Below, piece after piece: positions 26,651 through 36,611 of a DNA stretch of 64,000 nt. The first letter of the stretch is position 1. Every line of letters starts with the position of its first letter. Position numbers and translations under genes: made by a program. The DNA comes from Clostridia bacterium (lineage in GTDB: Bacteria > Bacillota > Clostridia > Christensenellales > DTU072). Under the pieces are notes generated by a model. It made no database searches and was not told the origin of the DNA. It saw only the letters and a list, made by a program, of their open reading frames with translations. The DNA lies in assembly GCA_041670385.1 (NCBI GenBank), contig JBAXZI010000002.1:5498-69497 (forward strand), read 5' to 3'.

Positions 26651-26953
26651 TTAGATTATTTGTGATAAAGTATTAATTATACTTGTAGAATTTATAGCAG
26701 AAATATTACCCAACCAAGATACAAGAGTACCTGTTGTGCCAAGAATAATACTTAGAATTATAGCTACAAGTAAAGGAATTATTGATGCTCTAATATAATT
26801 GGTTCGATTTTTATTATCGCCACCACCAAATGCCCAAATAATAAAAAATACTATATTAACAATAGGGATAGCAAGTAAAACTATTGTTAATAGCCATTGA
26901 CCTATTGATGTAACTTTTTCGTAATTACCATTATGTTTATCGTTATTATTCAT
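26651..26953 (-). CDS. small 2-TM membrane protein, paralog family A (WAFGGGxNKNRTNYxRAS motif)
   Basis: 100 aa. AGGAGG RBS present. Shares IWAFGGGDNKNRTNYIRASI and a C-terminal ...INTLSQII with the ORF at 27247-27708. Confidence 0.65.
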   Translation of the reverse strand: MNNNDKHNGNYEKVTSIGQWLLTIVLLAIPIVNIVFFIIWAFGGGDNKNRTNYIRASIIPLLVAIILSIILGTTGTLVSWLGNISAINSTSIINTLSQII

Positions 26954-26988
26954 AAAAATTTCCTCCTATAACAATATTTAGTGTTTGT

Positions 26989-27306
26989 AATTATTGTATT
27001 TTTATTAAACAATACACATGAACTCGTATATACATAAAAAAAGACAGTTTCACATTGTTTGCAAAACTGTTTTTTTAATTTAATTTTTAATTTAATTATT
27101 GATAACATATTAAGTATATTTGGATAATTATAATTATCCATATTTGAAATTATTGTATTTTTATTAAACAATACACAGGAACTCGCATATACATAAAAAA
27201 AGACAGTTTCACATTGTTTGCAAAACTGTCTTTTTAATTTAATTGTCTATCTAATTATTGATAACAAATTAATTGTATTTGGATAATTATAATTACCCAA
27301 ATTTGC
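26989..27306. repeat. tandem duplication, 2 x 159 bp
   Basis: Segment 26989-27147 is repeated at 27148-27306 with a constant offset of 159. There are only a few substitutions in the roughly 97-bp non-coding part and more in the part matching a gene 3' end. Each unit carries the hairpin AAAGACAGTTT...AAACTGTCTTT. Confidence 0.85.
27093..27147 (-). pseudogene. 3'-terminal remnant of a third paralog of the small membrane protein family
   Basis: Encodes ...NMDNYNYPNILNMLSII, compared with NLGNYNYPNTINLLSII at the C-terminus of 27247-27708. It has no N-terminal coding part and no stop in the equivalent position. Confidence 0.5.
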
Positions 27307-27708
27307 AATTATAACACTAAAAATAGTAACATATAATATTATAATTATAGTTGTAGATATCAATCCTACAATTAGGCTAGCTCTAGCATAATTAGTTCTA
27401 TTTTTGTTTTCTCCACCACCAAATGCCCATATTAAAAGGCAAATTAATCCTACTGTTGGTATGCATAATAGTATTAAAGAACCTACCCATTCTTTTACTG
27501 ACATAACTTTTTCTTGTTTTTTATCTTGGTTAGGTTGATAAGCGGGTCTTTGATTTGTGGGCTGTCCATTATAATATTGTGGTGCGCTTTGATTGCCAAT
27601 CCCATAATATTGTGGTTGATTATCAAAGTTTTGTGGTGCACTTTGATTGCCCATTCCATAATTTTGTGGTTGATTATCATAATTTTGTGGTGTTCTGTTA
27701 TCGTTCAT
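27247..27708 (-). CDS. small 2-TM membrane protein with Q/N/Y/P-rich repetitive N-terminal domain, paralog family A
   Basis: 153 aa. N-terminal repeats PQNYDNQPQNYGMGNQSA / PQNFDNQPQYYGIGNQSA / PQYYNGQP, then LIWAFGGGENKNRTNYARASL. GGAGG RBS present. Confidence 0.7.
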   Translation of the reverse strand: MNDNRTPQNYDNQPQNYGMGNQSAPQNFDNQPQYYGIGNQSAPQYYNGQPTNQRPAYQPNQDKKQEKVMSVKEWVGSLILLCIPTVGLICLLIWAFGGGENKNRTNYARASLIVGLISTTIIIILYVTIFSVIIANLGNYNYPNTINLLSIIR

Positions 27709-27915
27709 ATATTCCTCCTAGGTTGTTGTTTTCTTATTTTAGCTATTCATTATAATTATTTTAGCATTATATTATTAAAAAATCAACATTTATTAAGTTA
27801 TGTATATATATTATGATAAAGTGCAAAATGTGTAGGATAATAATATTTCATATAAAAAAGGCAGTTTAATTAAAAACTGCCCTAATTATATTACTTATTG
27901 AAATTGATTTATTGA

Positions 27916-29610
27916 TTATTCATTATCATTATTATCTTTAGATGTATCTACTGATTTAACTACAGCAAATTTACCCTCAGCAGTTAACTTTTTGAATCTT
28001 TCATTTAGTGGATCTTCTAGCAATAGAGGATTACTTTCATCTCTACCTATAAATACGCCAGCTTCATTTATACCTTTACGAGCTTGCAATATTTTAACAG
28101 TATGACCTTGTTGCTTTTCTTGGAACTTATAGAAGAACAAAGGAAGTGCACAAAGTATAGTACTGATTGCAGGTATTAGTACGCATAAGTCAAAGAATAG
28201 TTGTAGACCGCTTGGATTGCCTGTAACAGTAAATGTATCTGCTTTCATTGGGTTAATATGTGCCCAACCTAAAGCAAAACAACTAAATGCAGCACCAAAT
28301 GCCATACCTATTTTATTAAGCAAAGTTTGTATTGAGAAACATATACCTTCGGCACGAACACCTTCGTGTAATTCTAGCCAATCAACAGTATCTGCTATCA
28401 TTGCGTAAGTTATAATGTTGCTAAAACCTGTAGGAATACCAATAATAAGTAAACCAATTAAGGTAACTATTAGTACCCAGTTTTCTTGCCATCTTCCATC
28501 TGCACCACAAATATAGCAAATTAGGAATAATGCTCCACATATAATATGTGACCAAATAAATGTATTACGTTTGCCGACCTTTCTAGTGAAGTAAGGAACA
28601 AGTAAAGAAGCAATTAGTCCACCCGGAACTATAGCCATTGTTACGATAAGAGCAAGTTGTGTTCCTTTCATTCCTAATATTGTTACACCGGCAGCAGCCA
28701 AGTTATAAGTTGCAAAATAAATACCACCATATAAGAATAGTCCTCTTGCGGCACCTAAAAAGCCAGAAAAGATTACGATAAGTAGTGGTTTGTTTTTAAC
28801 AATTAATTTTAAATTTTCTTTTAATGGAAGAGCTTTAGAATCATCATAAAAACGTTCTTTACTATTCTTATAACCTACCCAAAATGTAGGAATAGCAATA
28901 CCAACTACGATAATTGCTAGCCACCAAAAATTATGTTGAAGTGCTAAAGCGGCATTTCCTTCTTGTCCAGATATAATTTGACCAGTACTATCTGCAAATT
29001 GGGATATCCAAGCACCGCTTACTAACGGAATAAGAATAGCAATTACACCGGCACCTAAAGTACACATAAGTCTTGCTACAGTAAGCATGGTACCACGTTG
29101 ATGCGTATCTTCAGTCATACCATTGGATAATCCCCAATAAGGTACGTCAACTATAGTATAAGCTACACTCCATACTGTATATAGTAAGGTTATCATAACT
29201 ATTAAACCTATACTTGCAGATGTGCCTGATGGGTTAAGTGGTAAAAATAGTAATACCGTAAGTATTGCAATTGGTATCGGCATCCATTTTAAATATGGAC
29301 GACATTTACCATTTTTTGTTCTTGTACGATCTACAATACTTCCCATAATAGGATCATTAAGAGCATCAAATATTCTTACACCTAACATAATATAACCGAC
29401 TGTAATTGGTGCAAGCAATAAACCATTTGTAAAATAGTAACTAACAAAAGACCCTACTAGTCCGCAAATAAGATTTTGGCCAAGACCTGCAAGGCTATAA
29501 CTTAACGCCTCTTTAGGTTGCATTCCATTGTTAGTTGGATTTGTGCCAAAAAGCTTATGCCAGAAAGGACTATTAAAAGCATGTCTTTTAGTGTTTGATT
29601 TTGTTAACAT
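27916..29610 (-). CDS. GPH-family (MelB/GusB-like) glycoside:cation symporter with C-terminal cytoplasmic extension
   Basis: GPH signature DPIMGSIVDRTRTKNGKCRPYLKW and 12 TM segments. The soluble tail of about 90 aa is unusual. Confidence 0.85.
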   Translation of the reverse strand: MLTKSNTKRHAFNSPFWHKLFGTNPTNNGMQPKEALSYSLAGLGQNLICGLVGSFVSYYFTNGLLLAPITVGYIMLGVRIFDALNDPIMGSIVDRTRTKNGKCRPYLKWMPIPIAILTVLLFLPLNPSGTSASIGLIVMITLLYTVWSVAYTIVDVPYWGLSNGMTEDTHQRGTMLTVARLMCTLGAGVIAILIPLVSGAWISQFADSTGQIISGQEGNAALALQHNFWWLAIIVVGIAIPTFWVGYKNSKERFYDDSKALPLKENLKLIVKNKPLLIVIFSGFLGAARGLFLYGGIYFATYNLAAAGVTILGMKGTQLALIVTMAIVPGGLIASLLVPYFTRKVGKRNTFIWSHIICGALFLICYICGADGRWQENWVLIVTLIGLLIIGIPTGFSNIITYAMIADTVDWLELHEGVRAEGICFSIQTLLNKIGMAFGAAFSCFALGWAHINPMKADTFTVTGNPSGLQLFFDLCVLIPAISTILCALPLFFYKFQEKQQGHTVKILQARKGINEAGVFIGRDESNPLLLEDPLNERFKKLTAEGKFAVVKSVDTSKDNNDNE

Positions 29611-29717
29611 ATATTTTCTCCATGTAATGTTTTTATTATCAAAAATTAAATTTGCTTTAATCGATTATTATAAAAAAATAAGCAAAAATATAAATTAGTA
29701 AATGATAACATAAAAGT

Positions 29718-29746
29718 ATTATACCAAAATGCAAGCTTATTTGCAA
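29718..29746 (-). promoter_or_regulatory. promoter of the GPH transporter gene with overlapping inverted repeat
   Basis: Minus strand: TTGCAA (29741-29746), 17 nt ending in TGG, TATAAT (complement of 29718-29723). The inverted repeat TGCAA-N6-TTGCA at 29730-29745 overlaps the -35 box. Confidence 0.5.
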
Positions 29747-29858
29747 TACCCAATTTTTAGTATTTTTTACTACAATTTATTAGTATAATATAAAAAAACA
29801 AACCCATATTAGGTTTGTTCTTTTATTTATAAAATAAAATTTGGTTTTTAATTAATTT

Positions 29859-30374
29859 TTATGCTACGAAATTAACAACAATTTTATTATTATTTTTAAG
29901 TTTGTATTTAGATGATGAATTAGTTTTATCTACTAATAGTGTAGGAAATTCATCTACTTTTGCCACTGTCCCATCTTCGTAAACACCACTTATTGCCAAA
30001 AATACATTATCCAAATTTGTAGCGTCTAGAGTAGATTTTGCTCCGCCATATCCATCAGTACAAAACTCAGTTACATTTGTTATTGTAGGCAATGTAATAT
30101 CAGCATCATTAATAATATCAATAAGTGCATATCCCGTATATGTTATTTTAGTAGCAGTACCTTCATCATTTTTTGTGTCCATTACGCAAGTAGTTGTGGT
30201 AAGTTTTTTAACATTATCTTGAGTAATTGTGCCTATAGAAGTATCTGCATTAAGAACCTCGATACTAAAATCAGGTCCAGTGTATTCTTCTTTTTCGCCG
30301 CAGGCAACTAGTACACAAGAAAGTATTAAAACAACAATAAGTATAGTTGCAACTAATAGAGTTTTTCTTTTCAT
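29859..30374 (-). CDS. hypothetical lipoprotein
   Basis: Lipobox VLVACG. 171 aa with no recognised domain. A hairpin AACAAACC...GGTTTGTT lies downstream at about 29796-29822. Confidence 0.65.
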   Translation of the reverse strand: MKRKTLLVATILIVVLILSCVLVACGEKEEYTGPDFSIEVLNADTSIGTITQDNVKKLTTTTCVMDTKNDEGTATKITYTGYALIDIINDADITLPTITNVTEFCTDGYGGAKSTLDATNLDNVFLAISGVYEDGTVAKVDEFPTLLVDKTNSSSKYKLKNNNKIVVNFVA

Positions 30375-30740
30375 TTTTTTTAAGCTCCTTTTTTTGATTA
30401 ATTTTTTTTGAATTTTTATAAAACAACTAAAAAATGGTATAAATTACCAATTTTTTATTGTTATAAATCCCCACCTTATTATATATAGATTAACACTTAG
30501 TAAAATAGTTGTCAATACACAAATTTTCGAGATTAAGACATTTTATGTAATAATTCTGCAAAACTTGTAATAAATAAGAAAAATATCAAATAAATCAAAA
30601 TTATTATTAATTATATATAGTCATTGCGGATATTCTTGCAATTATTTTTTATTTGTATTATAATTTATTTGTTAGATTGAAAATCTTTAAAGGACTTAAA
30701 TTTAAAAAAGTTAAAAATTATCAATAAAGGTAAACGCAAT

Positions 30741-32384
30741 ATGGAAGAAACAATACTAATTGTAGACGACAGTTATGTAAATAGAAAATTGTTATCTGAA
30801 ATTATGTCATTTGAATATAATATAATTGAAGCTGAAAATGGAAAAGAGGCTTTACAAATTTTGCTTGAAAATAAAATATCGGCAATTATGTTAGATATAG
30901 ATATGCCGGTAATGAATGGATTCGAATTTTTAGATAATTTGGCAAAAGACAGTGTTAATTCTGAAATTCCTGTGTTTGTTTCTACATCCTTAGAAGAAGA
31001 ATCTCAAATTAAATTATTAGAACATGGAATAACTGATTATTTGACAAAACCTTATAATGCTAAGGTTATTTTGCATAGAGTAAGAAATAATATTCGTAGA
31101 GTAGAACTTGACAATAGGCTTAACAAATTAGAAATTGATCCATTAACTCAAGTTTATAATATTGATTCTTTTTATAGATACGCTTCAAAAAAAATAAAGA
31201 ATTCAGCGGCTAATGAGCGATTTTATGCAGCTGTTATAAATATTAGATCTTTTAAGATGATAAATACTAAATATGGCTTTAATTATGCAAATAAAGTATT
31301 AAAAGAGTTCGCAAGTGTGAATAAAGAAATAATTGCAAGTAAAGGCGGTATGGTAGGAAGAATAAGTGGCGATAATTTTGCAGTGCTTTTTGATGATAAA
31401 TTAGTATTAGGAAAAGAAGAATTGTTCAATAGAATAAATGAAAGAATGTATAATTTAGTAAGTGAGAATGATTTCAGCTATTGCTTCGGTATTTATGTAA
31501 TTGATGATAAAAATATGGATATCAACATAATATTTGATAGGGCTATGCTTGCAGTAAGAAGTATAACAGACAAATATGATAATTATTGTTATTATAATGA
31601 AGATATGTCAAAAGCATTAGAGGAAGAAAGATTTTTAGTAGAAAGTGCAGAAAAAGGTATAACACAAAAAGATTTTAAAGTATTTTTCCAACCTAAATAT
31701 AATATAGAAACAGATATAATGATAGGTGCAGAGGCGTTAATCAGATGGATTCATCCTACATTAGGCAATATTTCTCCAGCCATTTTCATACCAATTTTTG
31801 AAAAAAATGGTTTTGTTGGAATGGTAGATATGTTTGTTTGGGAAGAGGTATGTAAAGAAATTAAAAAATGTAAAGAAAAAGGTATTGATATTCCACCAAT
31901 TTCTATAAATGTATCCAGAAAAGACTTGTTTGATAAAGATTTTATTAACAATATAATGGAATTATTAGAAAAATACGATATTTTACCTAGTGATGTGCAT
32001 TTAGAAATAACAGAAACTGCTTATATGGAAAATCAAGCAATAATGAAAAATTTGATAAAGCAATTTATAAATAAAGGGTTTTATTTAGAAATGGATGATT
32101 TTGGAAGTGGATATTCATCATTGAATATGCTAAACGAAGCAGAATTTAATTTATTAAAAATTGATATGATATTTATGCGTAATCTTACTAATAGAAATAA
32201 AGTTAGTTTGATACCTTATATAATGGATATAGCTAAAGCTTTACAAATGGAAGTTTTGGTAGAAGGTGTAGAAACACAGGCACAACTTGAAATCCTAAAA
32301 TGTTATGGTTGTCGTTATGTACAAGGTTTTTTATATTCCAAGCCTTTATCAATAAGGGATTTTGAAAAATTACTTGAGAAATAA
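30741..32384 (+). CDS. response regulator with degenerate GGDEF and intact EAL domain (c-di-GMP phosphodiesterase)
   Basis: REC domain (DDS..., LDIDMP, TKP). GGDEF position reads SGDNF. EAL motifs EALIRW, NVS, EITE, DDFGSGYSS, KID, EGVET and QG are all present. Confidence 0.9.
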   Translation: MEETILIVDDSYVNRKLLSEIMSFEYNIIEAENGKEALQILLENKISAIMLDIDMPVMNGFEFLDNLAKDSVNSEIPVFVSTSLEEESQIKLLEHGITDYLTKPYNAKVILHRVRNNIRRVELDNRLNKLEIDPLTQVYNIDSFYRYASKKIKNSAANERFYAAVINIRSFKMINTKYGFNYANKVLKEFASVNKEIIASKGGMVGRISGDNFAVLFDDKLVLGKEELFNRINERMYNLVSENDFSYCFGIYVIDDKNMDINIIFDRAMLAVRSITDKYDNYCYYNEDMSKALEEERFLVESAEKGITQKDFKVFFQPKYNIETDIMIGAEALIRWIHPTLGNISPAIFIPIFEKNGFVGMVDMFVWEEVCKEIKKCKEKGIDIPPISINVSRKDLFDKDFINNIMELLEKYDILPSDVHLEITETAYMENQAIMKNLIKQFINKGFYLEMDDFGSGYSSLNMLNEAEFNLLKIDMIFMRNLTNRNKVSLIPYIMDIAKALQMEVLVEGVETQAQLEILKCYGCRYVQGFLYSKPLSIRDFEKLLEK

Positions 32385-32447
32385 AATAAATAAGTATAAT
32401 AAAATTTAATAAAAAGCAAATAGGGGAATAATTGCTGAGGATATGAA

Positions 32448-33071
32448 ATGGATATTAATACAATAAAATCTCGAATGGTAAATGGTAAAATGTATTGTCC
32501 ATCAGACCCTATACTAGTAAATGAACAAGCACATAGTATGGATTGTCTTATTGAATACAATAATCTTAAATACACAGAAAATGTAAAAGGTCAAGATTTA
32601 CTCAAAAAAATGTTTGCAGTAATTGGCGATGAGTGTTTAATTTTGCAACCTTTCTATGCTAGTTGGGGCGGAAAAAATGTGCATTTTGGCAATAATATTT
32701 TTGCAAATTTTAATTTAACACTAATAGATGATGGCGATATTTTTGTAGGGGACAATGTTATGATGGCATCAAATGTCACATTAGTAACAGCGACTCATCC
32801 TATTAATCCAACGCTTAGAAAAACTCAAACTCAATATAATAAGCCAATATATATTGGAGAAAATGTATGGTTAGGTGCAAATGTAGTTGTATTACCTGGT
32901 GTTAGTATCGGAAAAAATAGCGTAATAGGGGCAGGAAGTGTAGTTACCAAAGATATACCCGAAAATGTAGTGGCGGTCGGTGCTCCCTGTAAGGTACTAA
33001 GGCTAATTAGTGAAAAAGATGATATATATTATGACCACGATAAAATAATTGATATTCCAATTATAAAATAA
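32448..33071 (+). CDS. maa: maltose/galactoside O-acetyltransferase (hexapeptide-repeat)
   Basis: 207 aa. N-terminal Mac domain pattern (MVNGKMYCPSDPILVNEQ) and left-handed beta-helix repeats (IGENVWLGANVVVLPGVSIGKNSVIGAGSVV). Confidence 0.8.
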   Translation: MDINTIKSRMVNGKMYCPSDPILVNEQAHSMDCLIEYNNLKYTENVKGQDLLKKMFAVIGDECLILQPFYASWGGKNVHFGNNIFANFNLTLIDDGDIFVGDNVMMASNVTLVTATHPINPTLRKTQTQYNKPIYIGENVWLGANVVVLPGVSIGKNSVIGAGSVVTKDIPENVVAVGAPCKVLRLISEKDDIYYDHDKIIDIPIIK

Positions 33072-33242
33072 AATTTAATAACTTTCTAAACTACCTTAAC
33101 AGGTATAAGGAAGTTATTTTTTTTTGTTTTATAAATTTTATTAAATTATGTAAAAATTAATATTTGTTTTATAAAAAATGAATTATATATAAATGGTAAA
33201 AAAAGATAATAATAGATAATAGAGAATAGGAGAAATAATAAA

Positions 33243-34880
33243 ATGCAATATGTTTATATGGTTTTTGCCCTATTGGCGGGGTTAGGAGCTTTTTTAATTG
33301 GAGTTAAATTGCTTTCGGATAATACTGAAAAATTATCAACGAAGGGAATAAGAGATTTATTCAAAAAAACAAGTAATAATAAACTAGTTGGAGTAGGAAT
33401 AGGTGTTGTCGTAACTTCAATAATACAAAGTTCTAGTTTGACTACCGTTATGGTAGTAGGTTTTGTAAATGCGGAAATTATGTCGCTTTCTCAAGCTGCT
33501 GCGATAATAATGGGTGCAAATATTGGTACGACAATTACTGCTCAAATAGCAGCTTTACAAGCATTCAAATTTTCTGCAATAGCTATGGGACTTACCGGTA
33601 TTGGAATATTTATTGCATTGTTAGGGAAAAAAGATAAAATCAAGTCAATTGGTTTTGGATTAGCGGGACTAGGACTTATTTTTGTAGGATTAGCAATTAT
33701 GTCTGATGCAATGAAAATAGTTAAGGAAAGTCCAAAAATAGTCCAAGCCTTTCAAAGCATTAATAATCCGTTTTTATTGTTTTTTGTAGGTGTAGCCCTT
33801 ACTGCATTAGTTCAAAGTAGTTCGGCAGTTACTTCAATAATTATTTCTATGGCAACAGCGGGAATAGTAATAGGTAGTGGTGGAAATTCAGTTCTATATA
33901 TAATTTTAGGAACGAATATAGGGACTTGTGTGACTGCACTAATATCATCAATAGGTGCTAACATAAATGCAAAAAGAGCAGCAACAATCCATTTAATGTT
34001 TAATGTGCTAGGTTCTCTAATATTCTTCATAATATTAATAAGTTGGCGAAGTTTTATGGATGTAACATTTGGCAAGTGGTTTGCTTACCCAAGTACACAG
34101 ATTGCTATGTTCCATACAGCATTTAACTGTATATGTACCTTAATTTTCTTGCCTATGTCGGGATTGTTCGTCAAATTTGTTAATGTTGCCGTTAAAGAGA
34201 AAAAGAGCAATATTATTGAAAATAAATCAATGCTTGATAAACGTTTTGTATCAACACCAGGTATAGCTGTTGATATTAGTATTAAAGAAATAGCTCGTTT
34301 GATGGAAAATTCAATAAAATCTTTAGATATAGCAATGAAAGGATTTTTTGATAAGTCAGAAGATGCAAAAATAGAGGTAGATGAGATTAATAAAAAAATA
34401 GGTGAAAGAGGCGAAGAAATTACTAAATATTTAATTTTAGTTTCATCAAATGAACTCGCTGATAAATTGGAAAGTATTATTTCATCATTACATTCTTCAA
34501 TTGGGGATATCTTGCGTATTGGCGAACTTTCTGACAACATTACTAAGTATACGAAATATACAGTGAAAGGGCAATTAGAATTTTCGGATACAGTTAATAC
34601 TGAATTAAAAATAATGGTAGAAACTATTCATAAACTTGCCGATAAAACTAAAGAATCAATGTTGGGAAAAGATGCTAATCTGTTAGGAGAAATTGATAAA
34701 ATTGAGGATAGCATAGATGATATGCGTAAAAACCTAATAAAAATGCATATTGATAGACTAAACCAAGGTCAATGCAAAGCCGAAAGTAGTAGTGTATTTA
34801 TAAACTTAGTAAGTAATTTAGAAAGAGTTGGAGACCATTTATCTTATATTGGTCATTATTCTGAAGAATTGAATAAATAA
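33243..34880 (+). CDS. Na/Pi cotransporter family protein with PhoU-like C-terminal domain
   Basis: Duplicated QSSSxTT motifs (IIQSSSLTTVMVV and LVQSSSAVTSIII). C-terminal helical PhoU-like region. Confidence 0.85.
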   Translation: MQYVYMVFALLAGLGAFLIGVKLLSDNTEKLSTKGIRDLFKKTSNNKLVGVGIGVVVTSIIQSSSLTTVMVVGFVNAEIMSLSQAAAIIMGANIGTTITAQIAALQAFKFSAIAMGLTGIGIFIALLGKKDKIKSIGFGLAGLGLIFVGLAIMSDAMKIVKESPKIVQAFQSINNPFLLFFVGVALTALVQSSSAVTSIIISMATAGIVIGSGGNSVLYIILGTNIGTCVTALISSIGANINAKRAATIHLMFNVLGSLIFFIILISWRSFMDVTFGKWFAYPSTQIAMFHTAFNCICTLIFLPMSGLFVKFVNVAVKEKKSNIIENKSMLDKRFVSTPGIAVDISIKEIARLMENSIKSLDIAMKGFFDKSEDAKIEVDEINKKIGERGEEITKYLILVSSNELADKLESIISSLHSSIGDILRIGELSDNITKYTKYTVKGQLEFSDTVNTELKIMVETIHKLADKTKESMLGKDANLLGEIDKIEDSIDDMRKNLIKMHIDRLNQGQCKAESSSVFINLVSNLERVGDHLSYIGHYSEELNK

Positions 34881-34904
34881 TAATATCTAAAAAAACCAAT
34901 AAAA

Positions 34905-34931
34905 AAAGAAGCAAATTAATTTTGCTTCTTT
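34905..34931. terminator. bidirectional terminator
   Basis: AAAGAAGCAAA-ttaat-TTTGCTTCTTT between convergent genes. Confidence 0.7.
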
Positions 34932-34947
34932 TATATTACTTTTCATA

Positions 34948-36069
34948 CTATCTTAATTTTTCGAATAAATCCTTCATTTGACTGGGAGAAAGTAAAATCG
35001 GATTGTTTTTCATTGCGATATGTTCTGAACAATCTTTAGAAAGTTTATCAATAGATTTTGCACCGATATCTCCTAATGTAGTTTTCAAACCAAAATATTT
35101 TTTTAGTTCCATTACCTTATCGGCTAATTGGTCGGTATTCTCAAAGCCAAGCGATTTGGCTAAGAAATCCATTTTATCGGGTAACACTGTGGAATTAATT
35201 CTAATAAAACTATCTAAAGTAAAGGCACAAGCCTCGCCGTGGCAAAGATGGTAATTGTTGCTCAAACCGTAAGAACAGCCGTGGCAACCTGCCGTTTTTG
35301 GGATTGCAAAACTAAGTCCAGCTAGTAGTGACCCCAAACTCATTTCTTCTCTAGCAGATAAATCTTTTCCGTTATCAAATGCTTTCTTTATATTTGGGAA
35401 CATATGGCAAAGTGCACTAATAGCTAGTATATCACAAATTGGTTGGCTACCATTGGACCAATATGCTTCTAAAGCGTGACTCATTGCATCAAGTCCTGTC
35501 GTTGCTGTAATAAATGGAGGAACTGATATTGTAAGTTCCGGGTCAATAATTGACATAAAAGGATAAAAATTATTGCACAAAAGTGGAGCTTTAATCATCA
35601 ATACTTCATCGTTACAAACGGAAACGGAAGTAACTTCCGAACCCGTCCCTGCCGTAGTAGGTATGGCAATAAGTGGTATATGTTTTTCACTAAAAATTGC
35701 TCTTTTATAAAAATATTCAGCCACATCACTTTCACCATAAACTGCAGAGCAAGCAAATTTTGCTAAATCAATTGAGCTACCACCGCCTAAAGCAATGGCA
35801 AAATCAACTTCTTTTTCTTTCATTAACTTTGCGGCATTTCGTACTTCTTGTAAAAGTGGATTAGGGGTGATATCACTAAAAGTCGCTATAATGCTAGGAC
35901 AATTTTTGCGAATATTGTCAGCAAGGCCGTTATTTGCAAACAATTTATCACAAATAAGGATACCTTTAGAAAAGCCTAATTCTTTAATAGTTTGTTCTAA
36001 TTTTTTGGCCTCACCACTACCAAATTTTATTTTAACTGGTGAAAAAAAGTTAAATTCTTTCATAATCAC
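34948..36069 (-). CDS. iron-containing (group III) alcohol dehydrogenase
   Basis: 373 aa. Motifs GGGSSIDLAK and PTTAGTGSE plus His-rich metal-site region (HALEAY, HG). Confidence 0.85.
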   Translation of the reverse strand: MIMKEFNFFSPVKIKFGSGEAKKLEQTIKELGFSKGILICDKLFANNGLADNIRKNCPSIIATFSDITPNPLLQEVRNAAKLMKEKEVDFAIALGGGSSIDLAKFACSAVYGESDVAEYFYKRAIFSEKHIPLIAIPTTAGTGSEVTSVSVCNDEVLMIKAPLLCNNFYPFMSIIDPELTISVPPFITATTGLDAMSHALEAYWSNGSQPICDILAISALCHMFPNIKKAFDNGKDLSAREEMSLGSLLAGLSFAIPKTAGCHGCSYGLSNNYHLCHGEACAFTLDSFIRINSTVLPDKMDFLAKSLGFENTDQLADKVMELKKYFGLKTTLGDIGAKSIDKLSKDCSEHIAMKNNPILLSPSQMKDLFEKLR

Positions 36070-36248
36070 TCCTAATGTTTTTATAGCTATATAATTATTA
36101 TTTATTATAACAAAATATTATTAATGTAGCAATAGGTACTACTTATCATAACAACATTAAACAAATAAAAGGCAACAAAGGGCACACTTTTATTGACATA
36201 TGCTAAAAATTTGATATAATAATTATATAATACACTAAGGAGAATTCT

Positions 36249-36611
36249 ATGCCAAGACCAAAAATACAAAAAATGGTTTGTAGAAGACCAGATTTTAATA
36301 ATTTTCATCCAGGTAAAATGAATGAAAATTCTTTAATTATTGTGATGAGTTTGGAAGAATATGAAGTTATTAGGCTTATAGATAATAAGCAATTGTCACA
36401 AGAAGAATGTGCTTTACAAATGCAAGTAAGTAGACCTACTGTGCAGTTGCTATATTCAAGTGCCCGTAAAAAAATATCCAGTATGCTAGTAGAGGGTGCT
36501 ATGATAAAAATTGAAGGTGGCAATTATCAGATTTGTAACGACCCTAACTGTGAATTTATGCAAGGCGGATGCCGTTGTCATGGACGAGGAAGAAATAATC
36601 CGATTATTTAG
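36249..36611 (+). CDS. DUF134 / UPF0251 family protein (predicted DNA-binding)
   Basis: MPRPKIQKMVCRRPDFNNFHP is the family N-terminus. Sigma-70 region-4-like HTH (LSQEECALQMQVSRPTVQLLYSSARKK). Cys/His-rich tail. An upstream TTGACA-16-TATAAT promoter lies at about 36193-36220. Confidence 0.8.
   Translation: MPRPKIQKMVCRRPDFNNFHPGKMNENSLIIVMSLEEYEVIRLIDNKQLSQEECALQMQVSRPTVQLLYSSARKKISSMLVEGAMIKIEGGNYQICNDPNCEFMQGGCRCHGRGRNNPII

Noticed and set aside
27495-27816. Three overlapping ORFs (61, 100 and 66 aa) on both strands over the 5' part of the 27247-27708 gene.
   Set aside because: They coincide with the Q/N/Y-rich codon repeats, which stay open in several frames. They have no RBS. The annotated frame has a GGAGG RBS and a paralog-supported C-terminal half.
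29730-29745. I considered the inverted repeat TGCAA-N6-TTGCA as a catabolite-responsive element (cre) for the sugar symporter.
   Set aside because: It is 16 nt rather than 14 and lacks the central CG of the cre consensus TGWAANCGNTNWCA. I keep it only as an unassigned operator-like repeat overlapping the -35 box.
34085-34540. A 151-aa antisense ORF inside the Na/Pi cotransporter gene, plus similar antisense ORFs at 43002-43400, 53114-53443, 53621-53968, 12103-12411 and 23702-23956.
   Set aside because: Each is fully embedded in or overlaps a better-supported gene on the other strand, has no recognisable domain or RBS, and has low-complexity hydrophobic composition.
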